Positions 1-9,271 are shown, numbered from the stretch's first letter. The stretch: DNA of 49,284 bases from an uncultured Elusimicrobiaceae bacterium (GCA_964622585.1 CAZUQT010000004.1:1-49284); one strand, 5' to 3'. Numbers and translations are program-made. Notes: generated by a model not told the origin, from the letters alone.

Positions 1-1156
1 GACCGTGCCGATGATGCGCGGGTTACTTGAAAACATGTTCCGTGTCCATGAACGGCGCACGTTGGCCATTGTCGGCCTTGCGCTGGGAAGTTGGATCGGG
101 GGTGAGCATGTTTCGTGGTCGTTAAAGAGCCTGGCTGCGGTCTCGCCGTATCCGTTCGCCGTGTTTTCGCCGGGCAGTGTTCATGAAGAGATCATTGAGA
201 TGATCAGGAACGCGGAACCGTTCATCGACCAGTTCCTGATATTCCTTTGTCCGTCAGCGATCCGGCACCTGCATTTGAAGGCGGAGGAGCGCGGGATCAA
301 GCTGCCCCATGGCCGGTTGCGTTATATGGTGTTGGGCGAGCCCTTTCCCGAGTCCCTTCGGATCGGTCTCCAATCCGCTTCGGGAGTTCCAGAGAGCGAG
401 CCGGTGATCGTGTCCATGTATGGGAGCGCCGATACGGGGTTTCTCGGCGTGGAAACCCCGGCGACGGCCTTGTTAAGGCAGGCTTTGACCGGTGATCCGG
501 AACTTGCGGAACAATTCGGCGTTCGCGGCGTCGTCCCTCATTTTTTTCATTTCACCGCGTCAGACGTCTATCTGGAAACGATTAACGGAGAATTATGCGT
601 GACCCGCTGGCAAGGCATTCCCTTGATCCGATACAACCTGCATGATGTGGCCGAACTGATATCGTGGAAAGCCGTCTCCGGGGCGGTGTCACAGATGAAC
701 GCCCGGTTCCCGCTGTTGGCCGGAATCTGCGGTGATGCGGGGCTGCCGGATCTGATCGCGATCTCAGGGCGGTCTGATGGCTGCCTGATCCTATGCGGTA
801 CTAATATCACCGAAGCCATGCTGGATGAGGCGGTTCGGGCGAAGTTATTGGCGAAATGGCTGACCGGCGTCTACAAGGCGGGGATAAAGTATGAGAACGA
901 CCGCCAGTACCTTGAGTTCGATCTGGAATGGCAGCGGGATGCGGCGATGGATGCGGCGGCTATGGATCTCGTGTACGCTCTGCTCGTGCAAGAACTCGGC
1001 CGGGCCCAGCCCGAGTTCCTGGATGATTGGAGAAATGTGTATCACGCCTGGGATGGTGATGCGGCCAAGCGTATTCTCCGGCTCAACCCGGTTCGCTGGC
1101 CAGGGATGTCGGCCGCTTTGGAAAAGTCTAACAAGCACCGGGGAATACGAAGATGA
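1..1156 (+). CDS. Phenylacetate-CoA ligase (PaaK)-like adenylate-forming enzyme, 5' truncated by the window edge
   Basis: ANL-type motifs LGEPF, MYGSADTG, PLIRYNLHD and ISGRSD. The frame is open to the window start. Confidence 0.75.
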   Translation, partial: TVPMMRGLLENMFRVHERRTLAIVGLALGSWIGGEHVSWSLKSLAAVSPYPFAVFSPGSVHEEIIEMIRNAEPFIDQFLIFLCPSAIRHLHLKAEERGIKLPHGRLRYMVLGEPFPESLRIGLQSASGVPESEPVIVSMYGSADTGFLGVETPATALLRQALTGDPELAEQFGVRGVVPHFFHFTASDVYLETINGELCVTRWQGIPLIRYNLHDVAELISWKAVSGAVSQMNARFPLLAGICGDAGLPDLIAISGRSDGCLILCGTNITEAMLDEAVRAKLLAKWLTGVYKAGIKYENDRQYLEFDLEWQRDAAMDAAAMDLVYALLVQELGRAQPEFLDDWRNVYHAWDGDAAKRILRLNPVRWPGMSAALEKSNKHRGIRR

Positions 1157-1749
1157 GCTCCAAGGCCGCTGCGCAATCGCCTGACATATCACCGCCGGAG
1201 ACCGGTCGGTTCCGGTTCCCGGTCTGGTCGGGATTCTTCTGGGGATTTGCGGAGGCGACGGTGTTCTTTATCGTGCCGGACGTGCTCATCACGCTGGCCT
1301 GTTTATTGTCGGTCAAACATGGTCTGAAGCAGCTGGGGGCCGTGCTGGCCGGTTCGCTCGCGGGAGGGATCCTGATGTATTTAGCGGCCATAGGCCATCC
1401 GTCACAGATGATCAGGCTTGTTGAAGCTGTTCCGTTTATCCGTCCGGAGATGTTCGGGACCGTTAGTGCTGATCTGGCGGCGCATGGGGCATGGGCTCTT
1501 TGCCTGGGACCGCTTTCGGGTATTCCATATAAAATATATGCGGTCCTTGCGCCGGCCCACATTTCGCTGATCCCATTCGTTTCGGTGAGCGTCCCGGCCC
1601 GCCTGGAGCGGTTATTGGCGAGCTTTGTGCTGTTCGCGGTCATCGGCCTGTTGTTCAGGAAGTTTTGGCCGGGACGGCGTTCGACGGCGCTGGCTGTGTT
1701 TCTAATATATTGGCTGGTGGTCTATGGATTCTACTGGAATAAGATCTGA
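1153..1749 (+). CDS. YqaA/DedA (VTT-domain) family membrane protein
   Basis: FAEATVFFIVPD and GPLSGIPYK motifs, several hydrophobic helices, ATGA overlap with the upstream stop. Confidence 0.75.
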   Translation: MSSKAAAQSPDISPPETGRFRFPVWSGFFWGFAEATVFFIVPDVLITLACLLSVKHGLKQLGAVLAGSLAGGILMYLAAIGHPSQMIRLVEAVPFIRPEMFGTVSADLAAHGAWALCLGPLSGIPYKIYAVLAPAHISLIPFVSVSVPARLERLLASFVLFAVIGLLFRKFWPGRRSTALAVFLIYWLVVYGFYWNKI

Positions 1750-2278
1750 TGCTTCCGCGCATTTCCGTCCGGGGCCGTATGCGTGGTTTGCCTTGGTACG
1801 GACCACGGCGGCCCTGCTAGGGTGTGGTTCCTTATTGAAGGGCCGGCTTTTGGCTGGAGGCGCGGCGCTGGTCTTGTGCGTCTGGTGGGATGCCGTGTCC
1901 GGGTGGATCGGGCGGCGGCGGTTATGGGTTAAGTCGCCGTCGGATGTTCAGGTAGAAGGGTTCGCTGACTCCGTTTGTTTTGTGCTGGCGCCGGCGTTGC
2001 TGGCGGCCGCCGCGGTCGGATACAGAGTTGTTGCTATGCTTGTTCTCCCGGTGTTCGTGTCGGCGGGGATCTGGCGTTTATCGCGCTTTAATATCGAGGG
2101 TTTAGCCGGGCGGGGATACGCCGGGCTGCCGGTTACCTACAACGGGTACCTGGTGCCGGTTGCCGTGTTGCTGCAACAACGCCTGACGGGACTTCCTGAA
2201 ACGGTGTGGTTCGCATTGTGTCTGGGAGTAATATCGTGGCTCATGGTCAGCCGGCGTTTCGTAACGCCGGAGCTATAA
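1724..2278 (+). CDS. CDP-alcohol phosphatidyltransferase-like (PssA-like) membrane protein with a degenerate motif; start uncertain
   Basis: WDAVSGWIGR...VEGFADSVCFVLAP, RLSRFN, GLPV and LMVS match the PssA-type layout. Confidence 0.7.
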   Translation: MDSTGIRSDASAHFRPGPYAWFALVRTTAALLGCGSLLKGRLLAGGAALVLCVWWDAVSGWIGRRRLWVKSPSDVQVEGFADSVCFVLAPALLAAAAVGYRVVAMLVLPVFVSAGIWRLSRFNIEGLAGRGYAGLPVTYNGYLVPVAVLLQQRLTGLPETVWFALCLGVISWLMVSRRFVTPEL

Positions 2279-2287
2279 GGATGCGTC

Positions 2288-3640
2288 ATGCGTGATCTGC
2301 AACTGAAAGAATTGGCGATTCTCGGCGGTAAATTAATTTTTGGCAATAAATTTCTGGCGCTATCCCCCTCATGGCCGCGTGACCAGATGCTGGCGTGGCA
2401 GTTTAACCGGATAGTAAGTCTCGTGACGCGGGCATACAACGAGATACCTTTTTACCGGGATCTCTACTCCGGCTGCGGGTTCTCCCCCGGCGACCTTAGA
2501 TCCTGGGCCGATTTCCACCGCCTGCCCGTGGTCACCAAAGACCAGGTCATCGAGAATTACCCGGCCCGGATGCTGAAGCCCGGCCGCGACATGGATTCCC
2601 TGATCGTTTCCCGAAGCAGCGGCTCCAGCGGCAAGGTGCTGGATATAGCGTATGACAGCGCGGCGATGGTGACCTATATCCAGGCGGGCCTGCGGCTTTA
2701 TCGGATGGGGTTCGATTACCGGCCCTGGCACCGCCAGGTCTATGTTTATACATCGCCATATCCGATAAATTCCTTGTTCGGTCTCTATCCGGCGTGTTTC
2801 GTCAGTACCCTCTCGCCGGTTCCCGAAATCCTCGCGGCATTGCGCAGGCATCGGCCTCATTTGCTCGTTTGCTATCCATCCCATCTCAAGCAGATAGCGC
2901 AGAGCCTTACTCCCGGCGATCTTGAACTGATCCAGCCGAAGTTTATTTCGGTCAATTCCGAAATGTCTACGCAGGCTGAACGCGATGCTATGGCAAAAGT
3001 GTTCCAGTGCCCCGTTCTGGACGAATACTCGTCGGAAGAGTTGACGCGGATCGCCGCCCAATGCCTTTGCGGGACACACCATTTGTTCGAAGACATCAAT
3101 TATATCGAAACTCTGGACGCGGACGGACACCCGACCTCCGGTGAGGGCGTTATTGTGGGCACAAATTTGCACAACAACGCTATGCCGATGATCCGTTATC
3201 GCCAGAATGATCTTGGAACCATCGGTGAGGCCGGATGCCGGTGCGGCCGGAGGTTCCGGACATTGGTCGGTTTGCAGGGACGCAAGAATGACAGTTTTAT
3301 AATGCCATCCGGGCGCATCCTCTCCTCCGGGTTCCTGCTCGACGCGACCTATGAGTTCCTGCTGGCCTATAGCGCCGCGGTACGGGATTTCTGCCTGATC
3401 CAGGACACAAGAAGCGCCGTGCGGCTGCAAGTGGTTCCCGGCGCAGGCTGGAACGAACGGATCGCGGGGGCGATCACCGCCCGGTTCGGTGAGTTGCTGG
3501 AGCCGTCGGTCACGGTCGCTCTCGATCTGGTAGACGTCTGCGAGAAAACGCGGACCGGAAAACGGAATCCGATCATCAGCAAGGTGGACGTGATGACGGC
3601 GGGGGGAGCGTGTGAAGCAGACTCAAGCGGCGGACTCTGA
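2288..3640 (+). CDS. Phenylacetate-CoA ligase family (PaaK/CapK-like) protein
   Basis: IPFYRDLY, LPVVTK, P-loop SSGSSG, YSSEE, AMPMIRYRQNDLG, GRKND and TGKR motifs. Confidence 0.85.
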   Translation: MRDLQLKELAILGGKLIFGNKFLALSPSWPRDQMLAWQFNRIVSLVTRAYNEIPFYRDLYSGCGFSPGDLRSWADFHRLPVVTKDQVIENYPARMLKPGRDMDSLIVSRSSGSSGKVLDIAYDSAAMVTYIQAGLRLYRMGFDYRPWHRQVYVYTSPYPINSLFGLYPACFVSTLSPVPEILAALRRHRPHLLVCYPSHLKQIAQSLTPGDLELIQPKFISVNSEMSTQAERDAMAKVFQCPVLDEYSSEELTRIAAQCLCGTHHLFEDINYIETLDADGHPTSGEGVIVGTNLHNNAMPMIRYRQNDLGTIGEAGCRCGRRFRTLVGLQGRKNDSFIMPSGRILSSGFLLDATYEFLLAYSAAVRDFCLIQDTRSAVRLQVVPGAGWNERIAGAITARFGELLEPSVTVALDLVDVCEKTRTGKRNPIISKVDVMTAGGACEADSSGGL

Positions 3641-4304
3641 GGCAGGCGGAGGCTGGAAGGGGGCTGTGAAGGATATCGCGGCTATGCTGTTGGCCGGATG
3701 TTTTCGTGTCCTGACGGGTGCGACTCCACGGTTCGGCGCCGCGTTGCCCGAGGGCGGGCAGTTCATCTTTTACGCAAACCACACCAGTCACTTCGATGCC
3801 GTAGTTTTGTGGGCGCTCTTACCGCCGGGGCTTCGCGCCCGCACAAGACCCGTAGCGGCAAAGGACTATTGGATGAAGGGGCCGCTGCGCAAGGCTTTGG
3901 CTTATCATGTGTTCAAGGTTGTGCTGGTTGCGAGGGGGTGTGACCATTCAGATGCCGATGCGGCGTCGGAATTTCGCGCCGTTCATAGATCGCTTATGAA
4001 TATGTCGGATGCGATTATCTCCGGCGCCTCGCTGATCTTGTTCCCCGAGGGAACCCGCGGGGATGGCGAGACAGTGGCGCAGTTCAAGAGCGGCCTGTAT
4101 CATCTGGCCAGGATGCATCCCGGTATTCCGCTTGTTCCGGTCTACATGGAGAACCTGAACCGGATACTGCCGAAGGGCGAACAGCTTATAGTTCCGCTGA
4201 TCTGCAAGGTTCACTTCGGGGCGGAGATACTATTGTCTGAAAACGAAACAAGATCCGCTTTTCTGGATCGCGCGCGACGGGTAATGGAGGAACTTAACAA
4301 ATGA
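3612..4304 (+). CDS. Lysophospholipid acyltransferase (PlsC family)
   Basis: NHTSHFD (HX4D) and FPEGTR motifs. Confidence 0.9.
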   Translation: MKQTQAADSEAGGGWKGAVKDIAAMLLAGCFRVLTGATPRFGAALPEGGQFIFYANHTSHFDAVVLWALLPPGLRARTRPVAAKDYWMKGPLRKALAYHVFKVVLVARGCDHSDADAASEFRAVHRSLMNMSDAIISGASLILFPEGTRGDGETVAQFKSGLYHLARMHPGIPLVPVYMENLNRILPKGEQLIVPLICKVHFGAEILLSENETRSAFLDRARRVMEELNK

Positions 4305-5260
4305 ACCGGATATGGATGAATATAGATCCTCAGATGGAGTGGCTGTTCCTCGGATTGGTAGGCGTTTTGGTCGTGGCTGCCGCTACGGGATTTGTCCTGT
4401 CGCGTCTGGTGACGGGCGAGTCCGGCCGCGCGGTCGTGGCGAATCTGAACGCCCGGGTCCGGGCCTGGTGGGTCATGGCGCTATTGTTCGCCGCATCTTT
4501 GGGCGTAGGCAGTCTGGGAACGGTTCTGCTGTTCGGGATGGTTTCTTTTCTGGCGCTTCGCGAGTTCATTACGCTTGTGCCGACCCGGCAGGCTGACCAT
4601 CGGGCTCTTTTTTGGGTTTTTTTTATTTTTACACCGCTGCAGTACTGGCTTATCGGGATGCGATGGTACGAGTTATTCTCTATCATGATTCCCGTATATG
4701 CCTTTCTATTCCTTCCTGTGCGCATCGCCTGGACCGGGGACACGGAGCGATTTTTTGAGAGGGCCGCCAAGATACAATGGGGACTGATGATCTGCGTTTA
4801 TTGCGTCAGTTATGTGCCGGCGCTGCTCACGCTGTCCATTCCGGGATATGAGGGGCAGAACGCCAAGCTGGTGTTGTTCTTTACGATCGTAGTTCAAATG
4901 AGCGATGTTCTGCAATATGTGTTCGGTAAAACCATGGGCAGTCACAAAATTGCGCCCAATATCAGTCCCAACAAGACGTGGGAAGGTTTTATGGGCGGGG
5001 TCCTGTCGGCGACGGCGCTGGGCGCCGGCTTATGGTGGGCGACGCCTTTTTCGCCCTGGCAGGCGGCCCTCCTCTCTTTGCTGATTTGTCTTATGGGGTT
5101 TGAGGGTGGCTTGTGCATGGCGGCGATCAAACGGGACAGAGGGGTAAAGGATTTCGGCAATATGCTGGCGGGCCATGGCGGAATTCTGGACCGGATCGAT
5201 TCCATCTGTTTTGCAGCTCCCGTGTTTTTTCATGTTGTGCGTTATTACTTTACCACGTAA
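4301..5260 (+). CDS. Phosphatidate cytidylyltransferase (CdsA/YnbB-like)
   Basis: SDVLQYVFG, ISPNKTWEG and KRDRGVKDFG...GHGGILDRIDS signature. Confidence 0.92.
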   Translation: MNRIWMNIDPQMEWLFLGLVGVLVVAAATGFVLSRLVTGESGRAVVANLNARVRAWWVMALLFAASLGVGSLGTVLLFGMVSFLALREFITLVPTRQADHRALFWVFFIFTPLQYWLIGMRWYELFSIMIPVYAFLFLPVRIAWTGDTERFFERAAKIQWGLMICVYCVSYVPALLTLSIPGYEGQNAKLVLFFTIVVQMSDVLQYVFGKTMGSHKIAPNISPNKTWEGFMGGVLSATALGAGLWWATPFSPWQAALLSLLICLMGFEGGLCMAAIKRDRGVKDFGNMLAGHGGILDRIDSICFAAPVFFHVVRYYFTT

Positions 5261-5722
5261 TGTTCCGCCCAATATGACCGCCAAACGCAAATCCTCCCCA
5301 GCCAATCCAGGTCCATATACGTCGTGCGTGCGCAGCCGGTCAATTGTGAGTATTTAAAAGGAATCAGTTTGCGCGGCGGCTTCAAAGCGCTTGGGCGCGG
5401 GGCGGCGGTGAAAGAGACACGGGCCTGGTACCTGCGGCAGCATAAGAAGCGTGCAAGCCGGATGGAAGGAATAATAGGACTTGGAAAAAACAGGCCTGTG
5501 CTGGGCAGGGCGAAGTACCGCATGCAGGCGGAGAGGAGACGTGTGTGCGCCTTGGGTTGCTGGCAATGAACCTAAGCACGGCGATGATGAAAATAGAGGC
5601 AAAAGCGATGGCGTAAGAAGCCAGGCCGATAAAACCGAGAACAAAAGCGGAGGAAAATACTTTCCGGAAATGTTTTTTTGTCTAAAATCGGCCTCCAGAA
5701 TTTTTCAGCGGCCCCTAGTTGG

Positions 5723-5783
5723 TCCGGCGGTTAGGTAGCGGTTAGAAACCCTTCGGGACTTCAGGCGGTTTTTGCTCTATATT
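5723..5783 (+). promoter_or_regulatory. Promoter cassette A, copy 1: CGGTTAG direct repeat (11-bp period) plus -10 TATATT
   Basis: 5723-5781 is identical over 59 bp to 9256-9314 and similar to 42124-42185. It lies directly upstream of the RBS/ATG of the 5819 gene. Confidence 0.75.
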
Positions 5784-5818
5784 ATTTTTATAACGAAGCA
5801 GCCATTGGAGGTGGTGTT

Positions 5819-6805
5819 ATGAGGACAAAAACAATAATGCTGGCACTTTTGGCGGTAACCGCGGGCGTCTTCGCTTATACGCCCCCACATAACGCTACCC
5901 CGTCCGACCTGAGGGATGCGGTGGCCGACCGCGCTATTGACACGCTGAAAACCGAGGCCGGCGCGGAGGCTTCCGGTGTCAGTATTACGAAGCCGGATAT
6001 AAAGCCGTTCTATGTCGAGACCGGCTCCAGAAAGGCTCCAGGCAATAAGGGTTATGTGGCCGGGACGGATTCGGTAGCCGGCGTGCCTGTAAAGCCGGTG
6101 GTGTTCAACACCATCCCCGGCGGAAAGTTCACCATGGGGACGGACACCGGCGAAAAAGGTTTTGAAGATGCCAAGCCGATCCATGAGGTTGCCATCAAAA
6201 CCTTTGATATGTCCAAAACAGCGGTTACCGTAGAGCAATACGCGGAATGCGTGATCAAAGGCGCCTGTACGGAACCGGGCACCGGCGATTATTGCAACTG
6301 GGGCAAGCCCGGCCGCCAGCTTCACCCTGTGAACTGCGTGAACTGGGACCAGGCGCAGGCTTATGCCAAGTTCAAAGGCGCGCGGCTCCCCAGCGAAGCC
6401 GAGTTCGAGTATGCGGCCACAAGCGGCGGCAAGAATCAGAAATACCCCTGGGGCGATGATGAGCCGACCTGCGACAAGGCCGTGATGTATGGTAACGACG
6501 GTTTCGGTTGTGGTAAAAACAGCACGATGCCGGTGTGTTCAAAGCCTGCCGGTAATACCGCGCAGGGTTTGTGCGATATGGTGGGGAATGTCTGGCAGTG
6601 GATGCAGGATAAATACCAGGATTCATACAAGGGTGCGCCTGTTGACGGCAGTGCGTTTGAAGCTGCGGGCTCCGCCCGGGTGATGCGTGGCGGTTCCTTC
6701 GGCAGCAATGTCGCCAGGTACCTGCGGGCCGATTTCCGCTTCTACGGCGGCCCTGGCGACCGCGTCGGCGGCATTGGGTTCCGCCTCGTGAGGTCCAGTC
6801 GTTAA
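5819..6805 (+). CDS. Secreted FGE-sulfatase (SUMF1/CLec-fold) domain protein with DLRDAVAD leader; candidate DGR target
   Basis: Signal peptide; IPGGKFTMG, HPVNCVNW, RLPSEAEFEYAA, YPWG, DMVGNVWQW, RGGS and GFR motifs. Confidence 0.9.
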   Translation: MRTKTIMLALLAVTAGVFAYTPPHNATPSDLRDAVADRAIDTLKTEAGAEASGVSITKPDIKPFYVETGSRKAPGNKGYVAGTDSVAGVPVKPVVFNTIPGGKFTMGTDTGEKGFEDAKPIHEVAIKTFDMSKTAVTVEQYAECVIKGACTEPGTGDYCNWGKPGRQLHPVNCVNWDQAQAYAKFKGARLPSEAEFEYAATSGGKNQKYPWGDDEPTCDKAVMYGNDGFGCGKNSTMPVCSKPAGNTAQGLCDMVGNVWQWMQDKYQDSYKGAPVDGSAFEAAGSARVMRGGSFGSNVARYLRADFRFYGGPGDRVGGIGFRLVRSSR

Positions 6806-6807
6806 CT

Positions 6808-6838
6808 CTTGGACACTTGTCCAGTTGGTCCTTGGACA
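6808..6838 (+). other. Short hairpin / repeat element just after the FGE gene stop (possible DGR homing hairpin)
   Basis: TGGACA-CT-TGTCCA inverted repeat at 6810-6823; CTTGGACA repeated at 6808 and 6831. Confidence 0.4.
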
Positions 6839-6901
6839 TGAGCTGTTGCGATAAATCGGTATTATGAGTGAACGCTAGATCAGCGGGATAAAGGTGATCT
6901 T

Positions 6902-7642
6902 ATGAAAACCAGAATAGTATTGATCATTCTCATCGCGGCAACCGTCGGCGTGTCCGTTTACACGCGGCCGCACAATGCCCTGCCCTCCGATCTGCGGGAC
7001 GCGCCTAATTCAAACGCCTCCGCGCTCGGGCAGCTTGACACCTCCGGTCGGGATGGGGGAGGCTCCCTGCCTGTCCCGGTTCCTGCGCGGGCGGCTAAAG
7101 ACGGTTTTGTTGCGCCCGCGAAACTGACGGTGCGCGATGTTACTGGCGTAGTCGCAAAACTCCAAAGGCCGGCGCCGCCGATGAACTATATATTGGCGCA
7201 CATGAACGGCGCCGGATTCAATGCGAATGCCTGCGTCGGCAGATACGCGTCGGACATGGTATTCCTCGCGTCCGAAAGAAGCTTCCAGTCAACTGCGCGG
7301 GACCTTGCCGGGTATGATTTTATCGCCGATATACTGGTCACAAGAGATGTCCTGCCCGGCAATCCTAAAATGACGCTTTTGGGCGACGGAACGTGGGATT
7401 TCATTGTGGTAAAGCTCGCCGGGCTGCCGCCCGTACTGGCCATGGAGGCGGAATTGCGCGCGAACCGCTTAAGCGTGATGACCTGTTACGACGTTAACAG
7501 GGAACATTTTCTCCTGGTCCTGGCGCCCAATAATCCTCCCGCGTTAGCGCATATAGAAAAAACCCTGTCAGGATATGACTTCATCAGGGAGATAGAGATG
7601 AACCAACGGTTGTACAGCACGCTTAAATCTAACCAATACTGA
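6902..7642 (+). CDS. Secreted hypothetical protein with DLRDA leader and an internally duplicated domain
   Basis: MKTRIVLII...YTRPHNALPSDLRDA leader. LAGYDFIADI and LSGYDFIREI close two similar halves. Confidence 0.75.
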   Translation: MKTRIVLIILIAATVGVSVYTRPHNALPSDLRDAPNSNASALGQLDTSGRDGGGSLPVPVPARAAKDGFVAPAKLTVRDVTGVVAKLQRPAPPMNYILAHMNGAGFNANACVGRYASDMVFLASERSFQSTARDLAGYDFIADILVTRDVLPGNPKMTLLGDGTWDFIVVKLAGLPPVLAMEAELRANRLSVMTCYDVNREHFLLVLAPNNPPALAHIEKTLSGYDFIREIEMNQRLYSTLKSNQY

Positions 7643-7779
7643 AAGATGGGAACGGGGATGAGGAAGTAATTCCAGGAGGCAGCATTATGAAAATCAAAAT
7701 AACGGCATTTATAACCGCGAACCAGGTTGAAGTAATTGCCTTTTTGTATTTTTTTTAGGCAGTTGCGGTATATTAGTAT

Positions 7780-8295
7780 ATGCAGACGCTGACCGGAATG
7801 GGCTTTTTTTAATCAGGCCCGTTCCGCGTGGTGTTTGCCGTCATTGGCTTTTGGATTCTTCTGGAGCGAAGATATCCCGGTGCATAATGAGAACTTCTTC
7901 TTTTGAAAGCGTTTTTTTCATGAGGACTTTAGGATGAAGATCCGGACGGCGGCGATCGCCGGGCTTGCGCGGTACAGGGATGAAAGGGTGTTCAAAGCGC
8001 TGGAAAACCGGCTGGGTGACAAATCGCAGTCGGTACGCAGCCTGGCCGCCTGACGGCATGAATGCCCCCTTGGACACAATTAAAGGCTGCTGGGAAAAGG
8101 CAGCTAAAAAAGACGGGCGCGAATTATTCGAACGGGTCGAACTTATACGCGCGGAGGAAGCCGCCGTTTCCGGTTACAGCCTCCAACTGGCGCAAATACT
8201 GGATAACGCCAACGGCTACGCCACGCATGATAAGGGAGAAAACACCGGTTTTTTTCCTTATAGAGACCCGGATAGAAAAATTAAAAGAATTCTGA
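7780..8295 (+). pseudogene. Mosaic, frameshifted remnant of a paralog of the 10690 HTH regulator
   Basis: The 5' part resembles MMGTGFSKQLIKARSA. The 3' part (FERVELIRAEEAAVSGYSLQLAQ...GFF / LIETRIEKLKEF) matches the 10690 C-terminus with a frameshift in a T-run near 8250. Confidence 0.8.
7934..8053 (+). pseudogene. HEAT (PBS-lyase-like) repeat fragment embedded in the regulator remnant
   Basis: Translates to MKIRTAAIAGLARYRDERVFKALENRLGDKSQSVRSLAA*, a HEAT-like pattern (LxDxxxxVRxxAA). Confidence 0.5.
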
Positions 8296-8299
8296 GGTT

Positions 8300-8424
8300 T
8301 GGTAACTATTCCTGTTCCTAAAATCGCCGGCGGAATAACACGGAGTTTTAGGTCTTATAACTGCCCGCCCCTTCCCTTCCGCCTCATGCCATAACCGCCG
8401 GTTTGAGTTAGACTATGATTGTAG
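8300..8424 (+). promoter_or_regulatory. Promoter cassette B, copy 1 (downstream of the HTH regulator remnant)
   Basis: Collinear with 11551-11675: TGGTAAC..TTCCTGTT, CCTAAAA/TTTTAGG inverted pair, CTTCCC..GCCTCATGC, -10 TAGACT at 8409. Confidence 0.65.
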
Positions 8425-8459
8425 CCGGGAATAATATTGGGTTTTCAAAGGAGAAATAA

Positions 8460-8990
8460 ATGAGAAATCTAACAAGAGTCAGTTCCGTAATCGCCTCGGT
8501 CGGTATTTTATTTGCGGTTAATAGTGTGAAGGCCGCCGGGTTGAACGATGAGGAAGCCTTCGCTAATTCGCTGGCCCCGTCGGCTTTGACCCAGATAGAG
8601 CTACCGAAGTCGGCGCTGCCCACGCAATTGTCGGTGTTATCCGCCTCGGGGGATATATTCTTGAACTTTTCGGAATGCCGGATCGTGGACGCTAAATTCA
8701 AAAAGCAACCGACAATCCTTGAGAGCATAGAGCTGCTTTCCGGGTGCATGAAGCAGATGTCCAGGCAGTATAAATCACAGGTCAAGGCGACCCATGCTGC
8801 GTTACCTGTCGGCCCACAAGGCGGCTCGCCCTGGAGCATAAAACTTGTTGTTTCAGAAAATTTGCCGGTGGGAAACATGCTCCTTTCCGATCTCAGCTAT
8901 TCGCTGGAAAAACGCAATCATCAGCTGTTTGGCTATCCGGCGACTCTCGATTTGGGTGGGGCCAATAGAGACTTTTACCAACGGGATTAA
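8460..8990 (+). CDS. Secreted hypothetical protein
   Basis: AAGGAG RBS, signal peptide ending VKA, two Cys residues. Confidence 0.7.
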   Translation: MRNLTRVSSVIASVGILFAVNSVKAAGLNDEEAFANSLAPSALTQIELPKSALPTQLSVLSASGDIFLNFSECRIVDAKFKKQPTILESIELLSGCMKQMSRQYKSQVKATHAALPVGPQGGSPWSIKLVVSENLPVGNMLLSDLSYSLEKRNHQLFGYPATLDLGGANRDFYQRD

Positions 8991-9007
8991 TGAGTCGTGT
9001 TAGGGAA
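8960..9007. repeat. 48-bp dispersed repeat, copy 1 (possible element end or recombination site)
   Basis: ggccaatagagacttttaccaacgggattaatgagtcgtgttagggaa; 44/48 identical to 12927-12974. Confidence 0.85.
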
Positions 9008-9024
9008 TAGTTTGCGGTGTAAAT

Positions 9025-9271
9025 CCGCTCAAGGGTGGGCATTCTACCTGCTGATATTTTTCATGGAACGGCCGGGGGAGGTCCTTTCAAGGGATCTTTT
9101 GGCCGAGGCGGTCTGGGGAGCCGGCCCGTTGCCCCGCGCGCGGGGGCTTTGGATATGAGCATCTCGCGTCTCCAGAAAAAACTTGGCCTCACCGGAGCGC
9201 GGATAGTCACTGTGAAATCACGCGGATACATCCTGACCGAGTTCCATAAAAACCCTCCGGCGGTTAGGTAG
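9025..9271 (+). pseudogene. C-terminal winged-helix fragment of an OmpR-family response regulator (paralog of 41414), frameshifted
   Basis: FMERPGEVLSRDLLAEAVWGAGPLP / GALDMSISRLQKKLG...RGYIL aligns with FMERRGKVLSRGLLLEGVWGTGPLP..GALDMSLSRLRRKLG...RGYVL. Confidence 0.85.

Noticed and set aside
2369-3430. 353-aa minus-strand ORF
   Set aside because: Antisense to the well-supported CoA ligase gene.
5261-5720. Short ORFs on both strands, including a hydrophobic minus-strand stretch
   Set aside because: No convincing start or RBS and no recognisable family; possibly decayed sequence.
5819-6805. Complete DGR locus within the window
   Set aside because: No reverse transcriptase ORF or AAC-rich template repeat was seen; only a candidate target is reported.
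7687-7758. 23-codon ORF (MKIKITAFITANQ...) with a GGAGG RBS
   Set aside because: Could be another truncated secreted-protein start, but it is too short to support.
8960-9007. 48-bp repeat as an integron attC site
   Set aside because: No RYYYAAC/GTTRRRY ends, no extended palindrome and no integrase in the window.
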